A stretch of DNA of 19,196 bases from the NCBI GenBank assembly GCA_040758355.1, contig JBFLWF010000035.1, positions 1 through 19,196 of the forward strand, given 5' to 3'. This DNA comes from Nitrospirota bacterium (lineage in GTDB: Bacteria; Nitrospirota; Thermodesulfovibrionia; Thermodesulfovibrionales; Dissulfurispiraceae). The notes beneath the pieces are model-generated. The model was not told the DNA's origin and ran no database searches. It was given only the letters and a program-made list of their open reading frames with translations. Made by a program: the position numbers and the translations under genes. How positions within the stretch are numbered: position 1 is the stretch's first letter; each line of letters opens with the position of its first letter. Below, in pieces: positions 1 to 8,036 of this stretch.

Positions 1-315
1 GTCGGTGAGTATGCTGTATATCTTTTTCGCATCTGTTGATGCGTAGTTCAGATTGGGTATGTCCTGTCTGTTCTTGTAGTCTATGCCGATTACTATTGCA
101 AAGGTGTCTGGACGAGGTGAGGGGAGTTTGTCGTCTGTGATAGGTTCTTCTTTTTGCTTCTGTGGCTTGCCAACAGGTGACTTCCCTTGTTCGGGGGTCT
201 CATATGCAATCTGTATCTGAGCTCCTGTGGGGTCTTTGAACTCATACATGCTGCAGCCTACAGCTATTAAAAGGATGCTTGACAATAAAATTTTAATACG
301 CAAACCTGCTACCAT
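1..315 (-). CDS. Lipoprotein with caspase-like (peptidase C14) domain, N-terminal 105 aa; truncated by window edge
   Basis: Own translation (not in ORF track): MVAGLRIKILLSSILLIAVGC-SMYEFKDPTG...PRPDTFAIVIGIDYKNRQDIPNLNYASTDAKKIYSILTD. Lipobox AVGC, Pro/Lys-rich linker, then FAIVIGIDY...L.YA..DA, the typical start of a C14 domain. AAGGAAG lies upstream of ATG 315. Catalytic His/Cys would be outside the window. Confidence 0.8.
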   Translation of the reverse strand, partial: MVAGLRIKILLSSILLIAVGCSMYEFKDPTGAQIQIAYETPEQGKSPVGKPQKQKEEPITDDKLPSPRPDTFAIVIGIDYKNRQDIPNLNYASTDAKKIYSILTD

Positions 316-326
316 CTAATCTTCCT

Positions 327-929
327 TTAATACTCCAATGTTTTTATTATTTCGGGCACAGCCTGCTGCATGGCAGCCTGCATTGCCTTGCGAAGAGAAA
401 TTCCCTTTGTCTCGGCTGTACCGGCCATAGACCGCTCGTCACCTTTTGCAGCAATGTTCAGTACCTTTGCCTTAATGCCGTTTTTCCATATCTCGACTGT
501 AAACTGTATATCGCTTATAGCACCTACTGTCCAGAACCCTGGATCCTGATCCACAAATACCTTTAAAACAGTTAAATCAATCCCCTTTGATGCATCGTTT
601 GGAAGTTCCGACACGGTCCTCGTATTATATCCTGCAAAGCTCAACTCCTGTACCAATGCGCCCACAATCCAGTCTCCAATATTATTTTCTGTAACTACAT
701 CTGCTGTTTTCATTCCCATTGTATTTTTTACGGTTCCGATAACCCAGCTATTTGACTTCTTAACAAGACTATGCTGCTCTTTCGGCTTTGCAATAAACAC
801 CTCGCCTGAACCACCTCTTGCATTGACAGTTCTTTCGTAAGACAAATCGACCTTCTGGTCAACAAATGCACAGCTTGCTGATGCCAATAAAACCAATCCT
901 GCTAAAATAGTTATTGCTCTCTTTAACAT
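327..929 (-). CDS. Uncharacterised lipoprotein, YajG-like alpha/beta fold
   Basis: Start moved to ATG 929 (MLKRAITILAGLVLLASASC; lipobox-like SASC; G-rich SD upstream). About 200 aa with the pattern 'VGALVQELSFAGY...IDLTVLKVFVD' and a C-terminal amphipathic helix, as in YajG-type lipoproteins. Confidence 0.55.
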   Translation of the reverse strand: MLKRAITILAGLVLLASASCAFVDQKVDLSYERTVNARGGSGEVFIAKPKEQHSLVKKSNSWVIGTVKNTMGMKTADVVTENNIGDWIVGALVQELSFAGYNTRTVSELPNDASKGIDLTVLKVFVDQDPGFWTVGAISDIQFTVEIWKNGIKAKVLNIAAKGDERSMAGTAETKGISLRKAMQAAMQQAVPEIIKTLEY

Positions 930-1041
930 AACCCTACCCCCCCCTCTGAGAATATTCAAAAGATTTCATATAAGTATGCCATATTGCCTACTTATATTAT
1001 CCAACAAAAATTAATGTTTTTAAAGATAAAAATGAAGATGC

Positions 1042-2313
1042 TTATTCCCTGTAAAAACGAATTTTGTCAATCCAGAGGGTTCCTTTGACAGGAGGACTCG
1101 TATTGATATGCACTCCTATACTCACAGACTCTATACGGCTTATGTCAAGTATTTGTTTGCCGGGTTTGGCGCCGAATCTCGTGGCTCCTCCCTTTATCCA
1201 GCCTCGCCCTATGGTCAATTGTTCGAACGGAATCTTCACACTTTTCCAATCAGTCCCTATTTCAAATGTCGATACCCACGCATCAATCACATTTGGGTCT
1301 TCCTTTTCAGAAACAAGAAGCCTCACAATGCCTGTGAGCGGCATATCAGCCTTTATATAAAATTCTATGCCGCTGAAAAGCGAAAGGTCTCGCTTCTTTC
1401 TGTTTTCTATATGGGCAAATACGTCCCTTATTGCCTTTGTGAAATCAAAATCCACTTTGAGCGAGTGTCTTGAATTTTCAGCTCCTTGGGAGGCATCCAT
1501 TTTCACAAAATAAACGCCCTTGGCCCTGTACCCTATCTGCCATGAAGAGTTAACCACATCCCCTTCAAAATCCTCATCTAAGGCGTTTGCATCTCTTAAT
1601 TCCGTAGGCTTAAACAACGGCGTTCTCAATGCAATTGCTGCTATTGCCTGCCCTGTCCTGACATTTACAAGCCTGAGATTTATATCCCATGTTCCTCCGA
1701 CTTCAGCCAGCGTGCCTGTAAGAATGAGGTCTGCTGTCAGGAGTTTGCCTATCACCTTTTCCGGCGGTTCCTTTGTAAGGCCGCTTAGGCTTAATTCGAG
1801 TTCGTTTATTATTGTCTTCAGTTTTGACCTTTCAACAACTGTGAAATGTCCTGAGTCTATTAAGGCAGAGGTCAATCCCTCGAGGGTAACTCTTCCCGCC
1901 TCTTTTTCTCTGCCCCTGATAACCTCGAAATCCACTACGGCGATTGTTTTTTGGGGAATTGGCAATCTCACCAATGCGCCGACTTCAAAAGCATGAGGCC
2001 GCTCAAGAACAGCAGTTATGGCATTGCCCCTCACTTCCTTTATGACAGCGGGTATGCTGTTTATCTCTGTTTTTATGCCTTCAAGGAAAAGGCTCTTCTG
2101 GATGACCTGATGTGCGATTTCACTTATGGGAATATCAGGGGTTGGTTTAAACTCAGGCAGTTTCAGCGATAGAATAATCTCGTTAGCCGAAATGCTCTGA
2201 ACAGTTCCTTCAATATACTGAAGGCTGACAGGCCCGGGCTGTTCTAAAGGCTTGACTACAGTACATGCTGATAGAAGGATGATTGTTAATAAAATCTTAA
2301 ATGCCTGTTTCAT
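1042..2313 (-). CDS. Lipoprotein: N-terminal beta-rich domain + FlgO/CsgG-fold domain + CIA30/CBM11-like C-terminal domain
   Basis: Lipobox LSAC. Middle region KTIAVVDF...SGHFTVVERSKLKTIINE..LSLSGL...IGKLLTADLILTGT...INLRLVNVRTGQAIA is CsgG/FlgO-like. C-terminus DLSLFSGIEFYIKAD...WKSVKIPFEQL...GTLWIDKIRFY resembles CIA30/CBM11 beta-sandwiches. Confidence 0.75.
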   Translation of the reverse strand: MKQAFKILLTIILLSACTVVKPLEQPGPVSLQYIEGTVQSISANEIILSLKLPEFKPTPDIPISEIAHQVIQKSLFLEGIKTEINSIPAVIKEVRGNAITAVLERPHAFEVGALVRLPIPQKTIAVVDFEVIRGREKEAGRVTLEGLTSALIDSGHFTVVERSKLKTIINELELSLSGLTKEPPEKVIGKLLTADLILTGTLAEVGGTWDINLRLVNVRTGQAIAAIALRTPLFKPTELRDANALDEDFEGDVVNSSWQIGYRAKGVYFVKMDASQGAENSRHSLKVDFDFTKAIRDVFAHIENRKKRDLSLFSGIEFYIKADMPLTGIVRLLVSEKEDPNVIDAWVSTFEIGTDWKSVKIPFEQLTIGRGWIKGGATRFGAKPGKQILDISRIESVSIGVHINTSPPVKGTLWIDKIRFYRE

Positions 2314-2317
2314 CCTT

Positions 2318-2806
2318 TTACCCTCTTAGACCTTTTAAAATCCCTGCATAGGATGTGATGATTTTGCCGGTGGAAGAACTGACAAGTTCTATCTTGAGCT
2401 GCCATTTCCTTTTATCTTTGAATGGTGTGAGTATTCCCCTAACAACTGCATCTGCATTGTCTGATGTAACACTGAAGCGGCTTTTACCAGAAAATACCAA
2501 TTGCCTTTTAAATTCCTCGGTTATCTCTTTTGTGACCATTGTAGGTCTCCCTCTGATGTCTGTAAAGTCTTTTACCATTATGGTTTTTATATCCCTTCTG
2601 ACTATCTCTGCAGCAATGACCCCTGCTATCTTTTTCAGTTTCTGGATATGTTCTTCTGAAAGGGGTTTATATTCCTGCACCCCTTCTGATGAGGAAACAG
2701 GAGTAAAAAATAATAATAGGATAATCAGCATAAAGGATGAGGGCACTAACACACTATAAATATTCATTGCATGAAACCCGCATCCTGTATGCTGTGTTGT
2801 ATTCAT
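2318..2806 (-). CDS. Small exported FlgO-like (CsgG/TolB_N fold) protein
   Basis: Hydrophobic N-terminal segment, then KTIMVKDFTDIRG...ITEEFKRQLV...FSV...ADAVVRGIL...LKIELVSSSTGKIITS. ATG directly follows the TAATAA of the upstream gene; the exact start is uncertain. Confidence 0.6.
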   Translation of the reverse strand: MNTTQHTGCGFHAMNIYSVLVPSSFMLIILLLFFTPVSSSEGVQEYKPLSEEHIQKLKKIAGVIAAEIVRRDIKTIMVKDFTDIRGRPTMVTKEITEEFKRQLVFSGKSRFSVTSDNADAVVRGILTPFKDKRKWQLKIELVSSSTGKIITSYAGILKGLRG

Positions 2807-2809
2807 TTA

Positions 2810-3727
2810 TTACTTCAATACAAATGCCACCTTTGCACCTGCAAGGAAGTTCGTCTTCTGATTTGCAGAGAAAATCTTTACGGCATCCTCATCTGTAACC
2901 TGCAGGTCTGACGGAGAGACCGTTCCAGATGCCTTTACAATCAAAGGGTTCTTTACGCCCCGTGTTTCGAGTGCTGCCTTTGCCTTGTCAACGCTGTTTG
3001 TGTATTCGCCGCACCCCTGCTCAACAAGCACCTTCTGGCTTATCTTTGAAGGGTCATAAAGCACTTCTCCCTTTGGTGTAAAAATCCTGTTTATCAGGGC
3101 AGGCCTGAAACCTTGCTCTGTGGCATCAATAACAAGGCCATCATAACGTTCTTCAATAGCCACCGGTTTTGCCCTGTACGCAGGTTTTGGCTCAACCATG
3201 GCCTGTTTAATGGAAGGGTCTCCAAGCATCTTTTCGTACATGACCTTTGCAAAACTCTGCGGCCCTGTCATGCCTATTTTCACAAAGACAACAGCCACTT
3301 CTTCCTGCGGATTATACTCTTTGTAAACAACCTTTGCACCCTTTACAAAACCCTCGACTGCTGTCCTCACAACATCATACTGGAGCGAGGCATCTTTTAC
3401 CAAGGTATCACCCACCACTGCCACGCCTTCGAGGATCTCTGCGAGTTGGCGGTATGCAAGGGCTGTTGCTGCCCTTTCGGCAGTAAGCCTCTTTTGTGCA
3501 GGAGACTTTGCGTTGGGAGACGGAAGCCCTTCAGCCATGACAAGGATATAATCGCTTATAAATGCCTGCTCCTGCGATGTTGTGATGGAAAGGTTATTCT
3601 GGTTCAACCACTGGTTTGCTGATTGAAACCTCAAGTCAGCCTGAGATGGAACGGCTTCCTGCTGGGCAAGGGCAATGCCTGCTAAAGCAAGAACTATCAA
3701 CAGTGCAACAAATACATTCCTTTTCAT
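2810..3727 (-). CDS. Exported LPP20/FlgP-like domain protein
   Basis: Signal peptide ending ALA and SD AAGGAGG. AQKRLTAERAATALAYRQLAEILEGVAV.GDTLVKD...VEGFVKGAKVV is LPP20/FlgP-like. The second domain (YDGLVIDA...NPLIVKA...AKVAFVL) is commonly paired with it. Confidence 0.7.
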   Translation of the reverse strand: MKRNVFVALLIVLALAGIALAQQEAVPSQADLRFQSANQWLNQNNLSITTSQEQAFISDYILVMAEGLPSPNAKSPAQKRLTAERAATALAYRQLAEILEGVAVVGDTLVKDASLQYDVVRTAVEGFVKGAKVVYKEYNPQEEVAVVFVKIGMTGPQSFAKVMYEKMLGDPSIKQAMVEPKPAYRAKPVAIEERYDGLVIDATEQGFRPALINRIFTPKGEVLYDPSKISQKVLVEQGCGEYTNSVDKAKAALETRGVKNPLIVKASGTVSPSDLQVTDEDAVKIFSANQKTNFLAGAKVAFVLK

Positions 3728-3750
3728 AATGCCTCCTTATTTATTTTCAA

Positions 3751-5004
3751 TTAATAAACATTCATTCTCTGTTTCAATACCCTTATGGCTAAAATAGCCT
3801 CTGCTCCGTCCACAGGTGAGTCAATCCTGAACTCACCCGACAACTCCCCTTCCATTATCCCCCTTGTCGTCATGTTCATAACGGCATTGTAAAATGGCGA
3901 TGTAGGCCGAACATCAGGGAATGGAGATTTGGAATGTCCGAAGAATGCAGTGGCCATCTTTTCGTCGCCGGTAAGTTTTATTAAAACATCCTCAAGGATA
4001 AATGCCATCTCACCTCGCCTTACAACATCTGTAGGCTTAAATAAATATGCCTTTGTCGTCTCATCATACTTTGGCTCGAGGCCTCTGACCTTCCATTTCA
4101 GAATAGTGAGTATTTCCTCTTTGAAATGATAATTAAGAATATCTGCAGGTGTAAATTCAGCCTTCATTTTATCGATCATGGATTGGGCAGGTATGCGGCC
4201 TGCAAAGAGTTTGTCGATCTTCATCTCATCAATTAGTAATGCTGCCAAATCTCCGCGTGTAATCGAGTCCTTGACAGCTATTTTCCTTCCAACATCACCC
4301 ACTGTTATTCCTGCCATTGCACGGACAATCTTGTCTGTCTTTTTCCATGCCCTGTCGGCCTTTTCATGCCACTTGCCCTCTCTCTTTGCATTAAGCACGC
4401 TCGCAAACTTATCCTTTGCCTGCTGAAATTCAAATGCTTCGAGATAGGCAATGCCCAAGAAATAGCTTGCGGCCTCGGTGCCCTGATAATAGACCAACTT
4501 TTTTTCGTCCACTTTTAATTCCCGGATCTCTCCATAGGCATCCTCTACTGTCTTGAGCCAATCACTTGTTTTGATGGCAGTGTAAACGCGCATTGTCGCC
4601 ATAAGGTAATCGAATTTATCTTCATTGGTTTCTGAGAGTTTATTTGCCTTCTTCAGATATTCCATCGCCCTGTCAATCTCAACCTTTCTAAATCCTGCAT
4701 CTGTCTGTTTTTTTACCTTCTCTGCAGTGACAATGGCAAGTCCGCTGTGAGCAGGAGAAAATTTCTCCTCGCAGTAAACAGCCCTGTCAAATTTGGACTG
4801 AGCAACATCAACCTTCCCCTGCTCCAGTGCATTCATACCTGTCAGGTAGTGATGCTGCGGGTTGTCCTCGGGAGAAGTGCACTTAGCAACCTCCTTCGGA
4901 GCACAATTAGAAAGAAAAAACAGGACAAATATTGTGATGGATAGTAAAATCCATAGTTTCTTATCCCTTTGCCCATTGTCTATTGCCCATTGCCTATTGC
5001 TCAT
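3751..5004 (-). CDS. TPR + S-layer homology (SLH) domain lipoprotein
   Basis: AGGAGGTG SD favours ATG 5004 over 5034. Lipobox LSNC; TPR-like helices (HYLTGMNALEQGKVDVAQSKFDRAV; ASYFLGIAYLEAFEFQQAKDKF); SLH-like motifs ITRGDLAALL, FKPTDVVRRGEMA and FPDVRPTSPFYNAV...GIMEG...FRIDSPVDGAEA. Confidence 0.8.
   Translation of the reverse strand: MSNRQWAIDNGQRDKKLWILLSITIFVLFFLSNCAPKEVAKCTSPEDNPQHHYLTGMNALEQGKVDVAQSKFDRAVYCEEKFSPAHSGLAIVTAEKVKKQTDAGFRKVEIDRAMEYLKKANKLSETNEDKFDYLMATMRVYTAIKTSDWLKTVEDAYGEIRELKVDEKKLVYYQGTEAASYFLGIAYLEAFEFQQAKDKFASVLNAKREGKWHEKADRAWKKTDKIVRAMAGITVGDVGRKIAVKDSITRGDLAALLIDEMKIDKLFAGRIPAQSMIDKMKAEFTPADILNYHFKEEILTILKWKVRGLEPKYDETTKAYLFKPTDVVRRGEMAFILEDVLIKLTGDEKMATAFFGHSKSPFPDVRPTSPFYNAVMNMTTRGIMEGELSGEFRIDSPVDGAEAILAIRVLKQRMNVY
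4969..5003. repeat. Five tandem heptamers (TTGCCCA TTGTCTA TTGCCCA TTGCCTA TTGCTCA) at the start of the TPR-SLH gene
   Basis: Read directly; encodes MSNRQWAIDNGQ on the - strand. Confidence 0.85.
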
Positions 5005-5043
5005 TTTAAAACACCTCCTGTTTTCATTTGCCATTCTGAAGCA

Positions 5044-5085
5044 AGTTTACACCCTGTGAGATGCCATGTAAAGGTAATTTTCACA
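5044..5085 (-). promoter_or_regulatory. Sigma70-like internal promoter with upstream TGTGAAAATTACC element
   Basis: - strand: TGTGAAAATTACC TTTACA (5072-5067) - 17 nt - TAAACT (5049-5044). Confidence 0.6.
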
Positions 5086-5088
5086 CTT

Positions 5089-6009
5089 TTATTTCGATGT
5101 GGATACATCATCGTTTTCCTTGATAACATCGCATTTGCCGCTCACACACAAAAGCGTTGCATTTGAACCTTCAACTTCGATAACTTTCAACTCTGCCACA
5201 ACATCGGTCAGTCTTTTTATGACTGCTCCCGTTGTAGGGCTTTTTATCTCCTTTACAACCTTGACTACATAAAATATAGTGTCGTTTGTTACTCCGTGGT
5301 CTTTGCCCGCATCGATAATACATGTCTTATTCGTCTTATCCACATAAGCCACCTTTGCATTAATTACAGCCTCTCTCAATTTAGCTGACTGCTCCTTGAA
5401 TTGTTTAACGATATTCGCAAGTGCGTTCTTTGTTGCAGTCCCCAGAATCGTATTTGCCATATTCGATGCATCAATATTTGCAAGCCCCTCTATACTCACA
5501 CCGGATGCCGATTCTTCAGCAGAGCCTTCAGCAGCATTGAGGATTTCCGCAGTTGTTGTGTCTATCAATCGCGCATTAACGGCAACCTTGGCATAGTTCT
5601 GTTTAACGCCGATACCAAAAATGCCCATGACCTTTGAGTCTATGCCAAACTGCGTAACACTTCCGACAATAACAGCACTCACCCCTAAAATCTTCCCTAT
5701 CTTTGCTACCTCTGATGTATCCACAAGTCCGCTTGCCGATAATTTCTGCTCGCTGATGACCTTTTCCAACTGACTCCTTTCTATAACCTTGAATGTCCCA
5801 TCCTTGACGAGTTCTGTAACCAGGATATCTGCAACCGCACGGCCGATTTTGAAGTTTCTTGCCTGAAAGTGTGCCGATACTGCAGCGTCCTCAAAATCAA
5901 GGACGGCTATCTTCTTGACACCGGCATCTGCCGCATATCCCTGAAATACGATTAATACTGAAAATAAAAAAAATATCATTATTTTTTGATGCCATTTCAC
6001 TACTGTCAT
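5089..6009 (-). CDS. CsgG/HfaB family protein with FlgT C-terminal-like beta domain
   Basis: KKIAVLDFED...ADILVTELVKDGTFKVIERSQLEKVISEQKLSASGLVD...KIGKILGVSAVIVGSVTQFG...VAVNARLIDTTTAEI is a strong CsgG pattern. C-terminal AKVAYV...IIDAGKDHGV...VAELKVIEV resembles FlgT_C. SD AGGAGGAG; signal peptide without lipobox. Confidence 0.85.
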   Translation of the reverse strand: MTVVKWHQKIMIFFLFSVLIVFQGYAADAGVKKIAVLDFEDAAVSAHFQARNFKIGRAVADILVTELVKDGTFKVIERSQLEKVISEQKLSASGLVDTSEVAKIGKILGVSAVIVGSVTQFGIDSKVMGIFGIGVKQNYAKVAVNARLIDTTTAEILNAAEGSAEESASGVSIEGLANIDASNMANTILGTATKNALANIVKQFKEQSAKLREAVINAKVAYVDKTNKTCIIDAGKDHGVTNDTIFYVVKVVKEIKSPTTGAVIKRLTDVVAELKVIEVEGSNATLLCVSGKCDVIKENDDVSTSK

Positions 6010-6038
6010 AAAATACTCCTCCTTTGTATCTTAAAGCC

Positions 6039-7166
6039 TCATCTCTGATATGCAACGGTTATCGAATATGGTGAAAAGTCCATTATTTTAAAATTACCCT
6101 TCTGACTTATGCTGTTTGCCAGGTATACTAAATTTTCAGGATAGCTTACGATAAACTCGCCAAGCCCTTTATCTTCAACATTGGTAACCCATGCTATATT
6201 CTGGAGAATTTCCTTGACCTCAAAATTGGTGCTCATATCACTAACGCCTGTAACCTTGACCTGCACCTTCTTTGCAACTCCCTTTATATACCGGGAAACC
6301 TTTTCAAGAATAACCGGCGTCATCTTCTGCGACAACTCCTTCATTCCACTTGCCACAGCATCCTCAACACCCGCTGCAAGTCCCTTCCCTTCTTCGGTAC
6401 CTGCTGTAAGTATAACCATCTTCCCTGTATTGTCCCTTGCTATAATACGATAGGTGAGCCTTACTGTTACATTATTAAAAGGCATGGATATGCCGTATCC
6501 TATGCCCTCTCCCTTTTTTGTGGAAATAGCATAATCGATTTTACCTATGAGGAGGATGTTTGAGAGGAATTTATACACAAGGCTTCTCAGGGTCAGGAAA
6601 TTGCCGCTCTTGATTGCATTTTCAACCTCTTTGGCTTCCAATGTATGGGTCGGTGCGACATCGACAACAGTATATCCCTGCTCTGTCAGCCTGCCGATAA
6701 GATTCTCTGACAGTATATTGGTCTCCTCATATTCATCTCTTATACTCCCCGGTTTCTTTGCAGGAATGAATACAGCCACAGAGTTATTAAGGGCAAGGGA
6801 AGATATGGCGTCTTTTGCCTTTGTAGGCTCAATACATGCATTTATCTTTACCCATATAGTTCCTTTCCTGTTTTCTTGTTGTAATAGCTTATATCCGGCA
6901 ACAAACCCCCTTATGTTTTTGCTCACAGCGTCGTCAACAAGGGCCATGTTCTGCACTACAGACTGAGCCTTCACCTCAACGCCAACCACCTGTTCTACTG
7001 CTGACCATTTTGCCCGTGCTATTGCCTCTGCCTTTGCAGAGGGGATATCATTGTTTATGATGACAGCTTCGCCCTCCGAGTCAATGCACTTCACCTCGCA
7101 CAGTCCTTCTGACGCGAAAAAAACACAGATAAACAGAAAAATCCAAACCACATTTTTATAATACAC
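6039..7166 (-). CDS. Flagellar assembly protein T (FlgT) N-terminal domain-containing exported protein
   Basis: SEGEAVIINNDIPSAKAEAIARAKWSAVEQVVGVEVKAQSVVQNMALVDDAV...GFVAGYKLLQ...WVKINACI matches FlgT_N. It is followed by an alpha/beta domain (LTEQGYTVVD...ILLIGKI) and a small C-terminal domain. GTG start with G-rich SD. Confidence 0.75.
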   Translation of the reverse strand: MYYKNVVWIFLFICVFFASEGLCEVKCIDSEGEAVIINNDIPSAKAEAIARAKWSAVEQVVGVEVKAQSVVQNMALVDDAVSKNIRGFVAGYKLLQQENRKGTIWVKINACIEPTKAKDAISSLALNNSVAVFIPAKKPGSIRDEYEETNILSENLIGRLTEQGYTVVDVAPTHTLEAKEVENAIKSGNFLTLRSLVYKFLSNILLIGKIDYAISTKKGEGIGYGISMPFNNVTVRLTYRIIARDNTGKMVILTAGTEEGKGLAAGVEDAVASGMKELSQKMTPVILEKVSRYIKGVAKKVQVKVTGVSDMSTNFEVKEILQNIAWVTNVEDKGLGEFIVSYPENLVYLANSISQKGNFKIMDFSPYSITVAYQR

Positions 7167-7218
7167 CGAAATAACCCCCCTGACTCCGCCAAACTTCAGT
7201 ACCTCATAGATTAAAGGT

Positions 7219-7260
7219 AGTGTAAAATGGCGTACTTATAGTGTCAAGTGAAAATTCACC
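7219..7260 (-). promoter_or_regulatory. Sigma70-like promoter of the FlgT/CsgG cluster with abutting GTGA-N4-TCAC palindrome
   Basis: - strand: GGTGAATTTTCAC TTGACA (7247-7242) - 17 nt - TACACT (7224-7219). Confidence 0.7.
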
Positions 7261-7268
7261 TTCCTTAA

Positions 7269-7967
7269 TTATTCGTTATACACATCTTCCGCATTGGGTG
7301 AAATCAAAAAATAACCGCCCTCCTCTTTTACCATCTCTCTGAAGGCAAGCACCTTCATAACCTTGGTTATGGCCTCCCTTGATGCGCCTGTGTGTGCTGC
7401 AAGCTCCCGGTGTGTGAGTTTCTTTATCCTGAAAAATCCATCCTTATCCTTATGACCCTCTGTCTTTGCAATTTGCAATAATAGCTTTACAAGCCTCTGG
7501 CTCACATCTAAAAATGCCAGGGACTCTATCATGCCGTTTGCCATTCTCATCCTCTGGACAATTGCCGAAAGCAGGTCAATGGCAATCATCGGGTCATTTT
7601 TGACTGCAAGGAGAAACTTCTCCCGCCTTAATATGCCAAGCGTTGAATCATCTACTGCTATCATTGTTGCAGACCTGGGCTTGCCATCGAGGAGGCTCAT
7701 CTCGCCGAAGAAATCCCCCTTGCAGAATGTTGCGAGTATGAGTTCCTCTCCATCCTGATTCAGAAGGGATGCCCTTACAGTCCCTTCAAGGACTATATAA
7801 AGGTCTGTGCTGTTGTCGGACTGATAGAATATAGTCTCGCCTTTACTCACATTACGAACAATGAAATCACCTGACAGATGTCTTAAATGTCTGTCCGTGA
7901 GTCCTTTGAAAATGGGGAGCTCCTTAAGGAAGCCCATTATCAATTCTGTGCTCGTGCCTTTTTCCAT
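7269..7967 (-). CDS. Crp/Fnr family transcriptional regulator
   Basis: cNMP-binding cassette GDFFGEMSLLDGKPRSATMIA, hinge LAFLDVSQRL, and HTH LTHRELAAHTGASREAITKVM. No FNR-type Cys cluster. Confidence 0.95.
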   Translation of the reverse strand: MEKGTSTELIMGFLKELPIFKGLTDRHLRHLSGDFIVRNVSKGETIFYQSDNSTDLYIVLEGTVRASLLNQDGEELILATFCKGDFFGEMSLLDGKPRSATMIAVDDSTLGILRREKFLLAVKNDPMIAIDLLSAIVQRMRMANGMIESLAFLDVSQRLVKLLLQIAKTEGHKDKDGFFRIKKLTHRELAAHTGASREAITKVMKVLAFREMVKEEGGYFLISPNAEDVYNE

Positions 7968-7975
7968 AACGGTGT

Positions 7976-8030
7976 AATTTTATCAGATTTCAAAAAATTC
8001 CTGAATATAAAAATTGATTATGATAAAATT
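7976..8030. promoter_or_regulatory. Putative divergent extended -10 promoters forming a 10-bp inverted repeat
   Basis: AATTTTATCA (7976-7985) and TGATAAAATT (8021-8030). Each reads TGnTAAAAT toward its gene. Confidence 0.5.
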
Positions 8031-8036
8031 TGATTT

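Noticed and set aside
937..944. G8 tract (- strand) at the SD of the YajG-like gene as a phase-variation switch
   Set aside because: Short, and explained as a G-rich SD; a similar G6 precedes the FlgT-like gene.
5089..6009. Calling this csgG of a curli operon
   Set aside because: No curlin-repeat, CsgE or CsgF genes in the window, no lipobox, and an extra C-terminal domain.
2318..7166. Calling these genes flagellar flgT/flgO/flgP
   Set aside because: Similarity is at domain level only, architectures differ, and no core flagellar genes are nearby.
7167..8036. Canonical Crp (TGTGA-N6-TCACA) or Rex site around the crp gene
   Set aside because: Only GTGA-N4-TCAC was found, and its spacing fits neither consensus.
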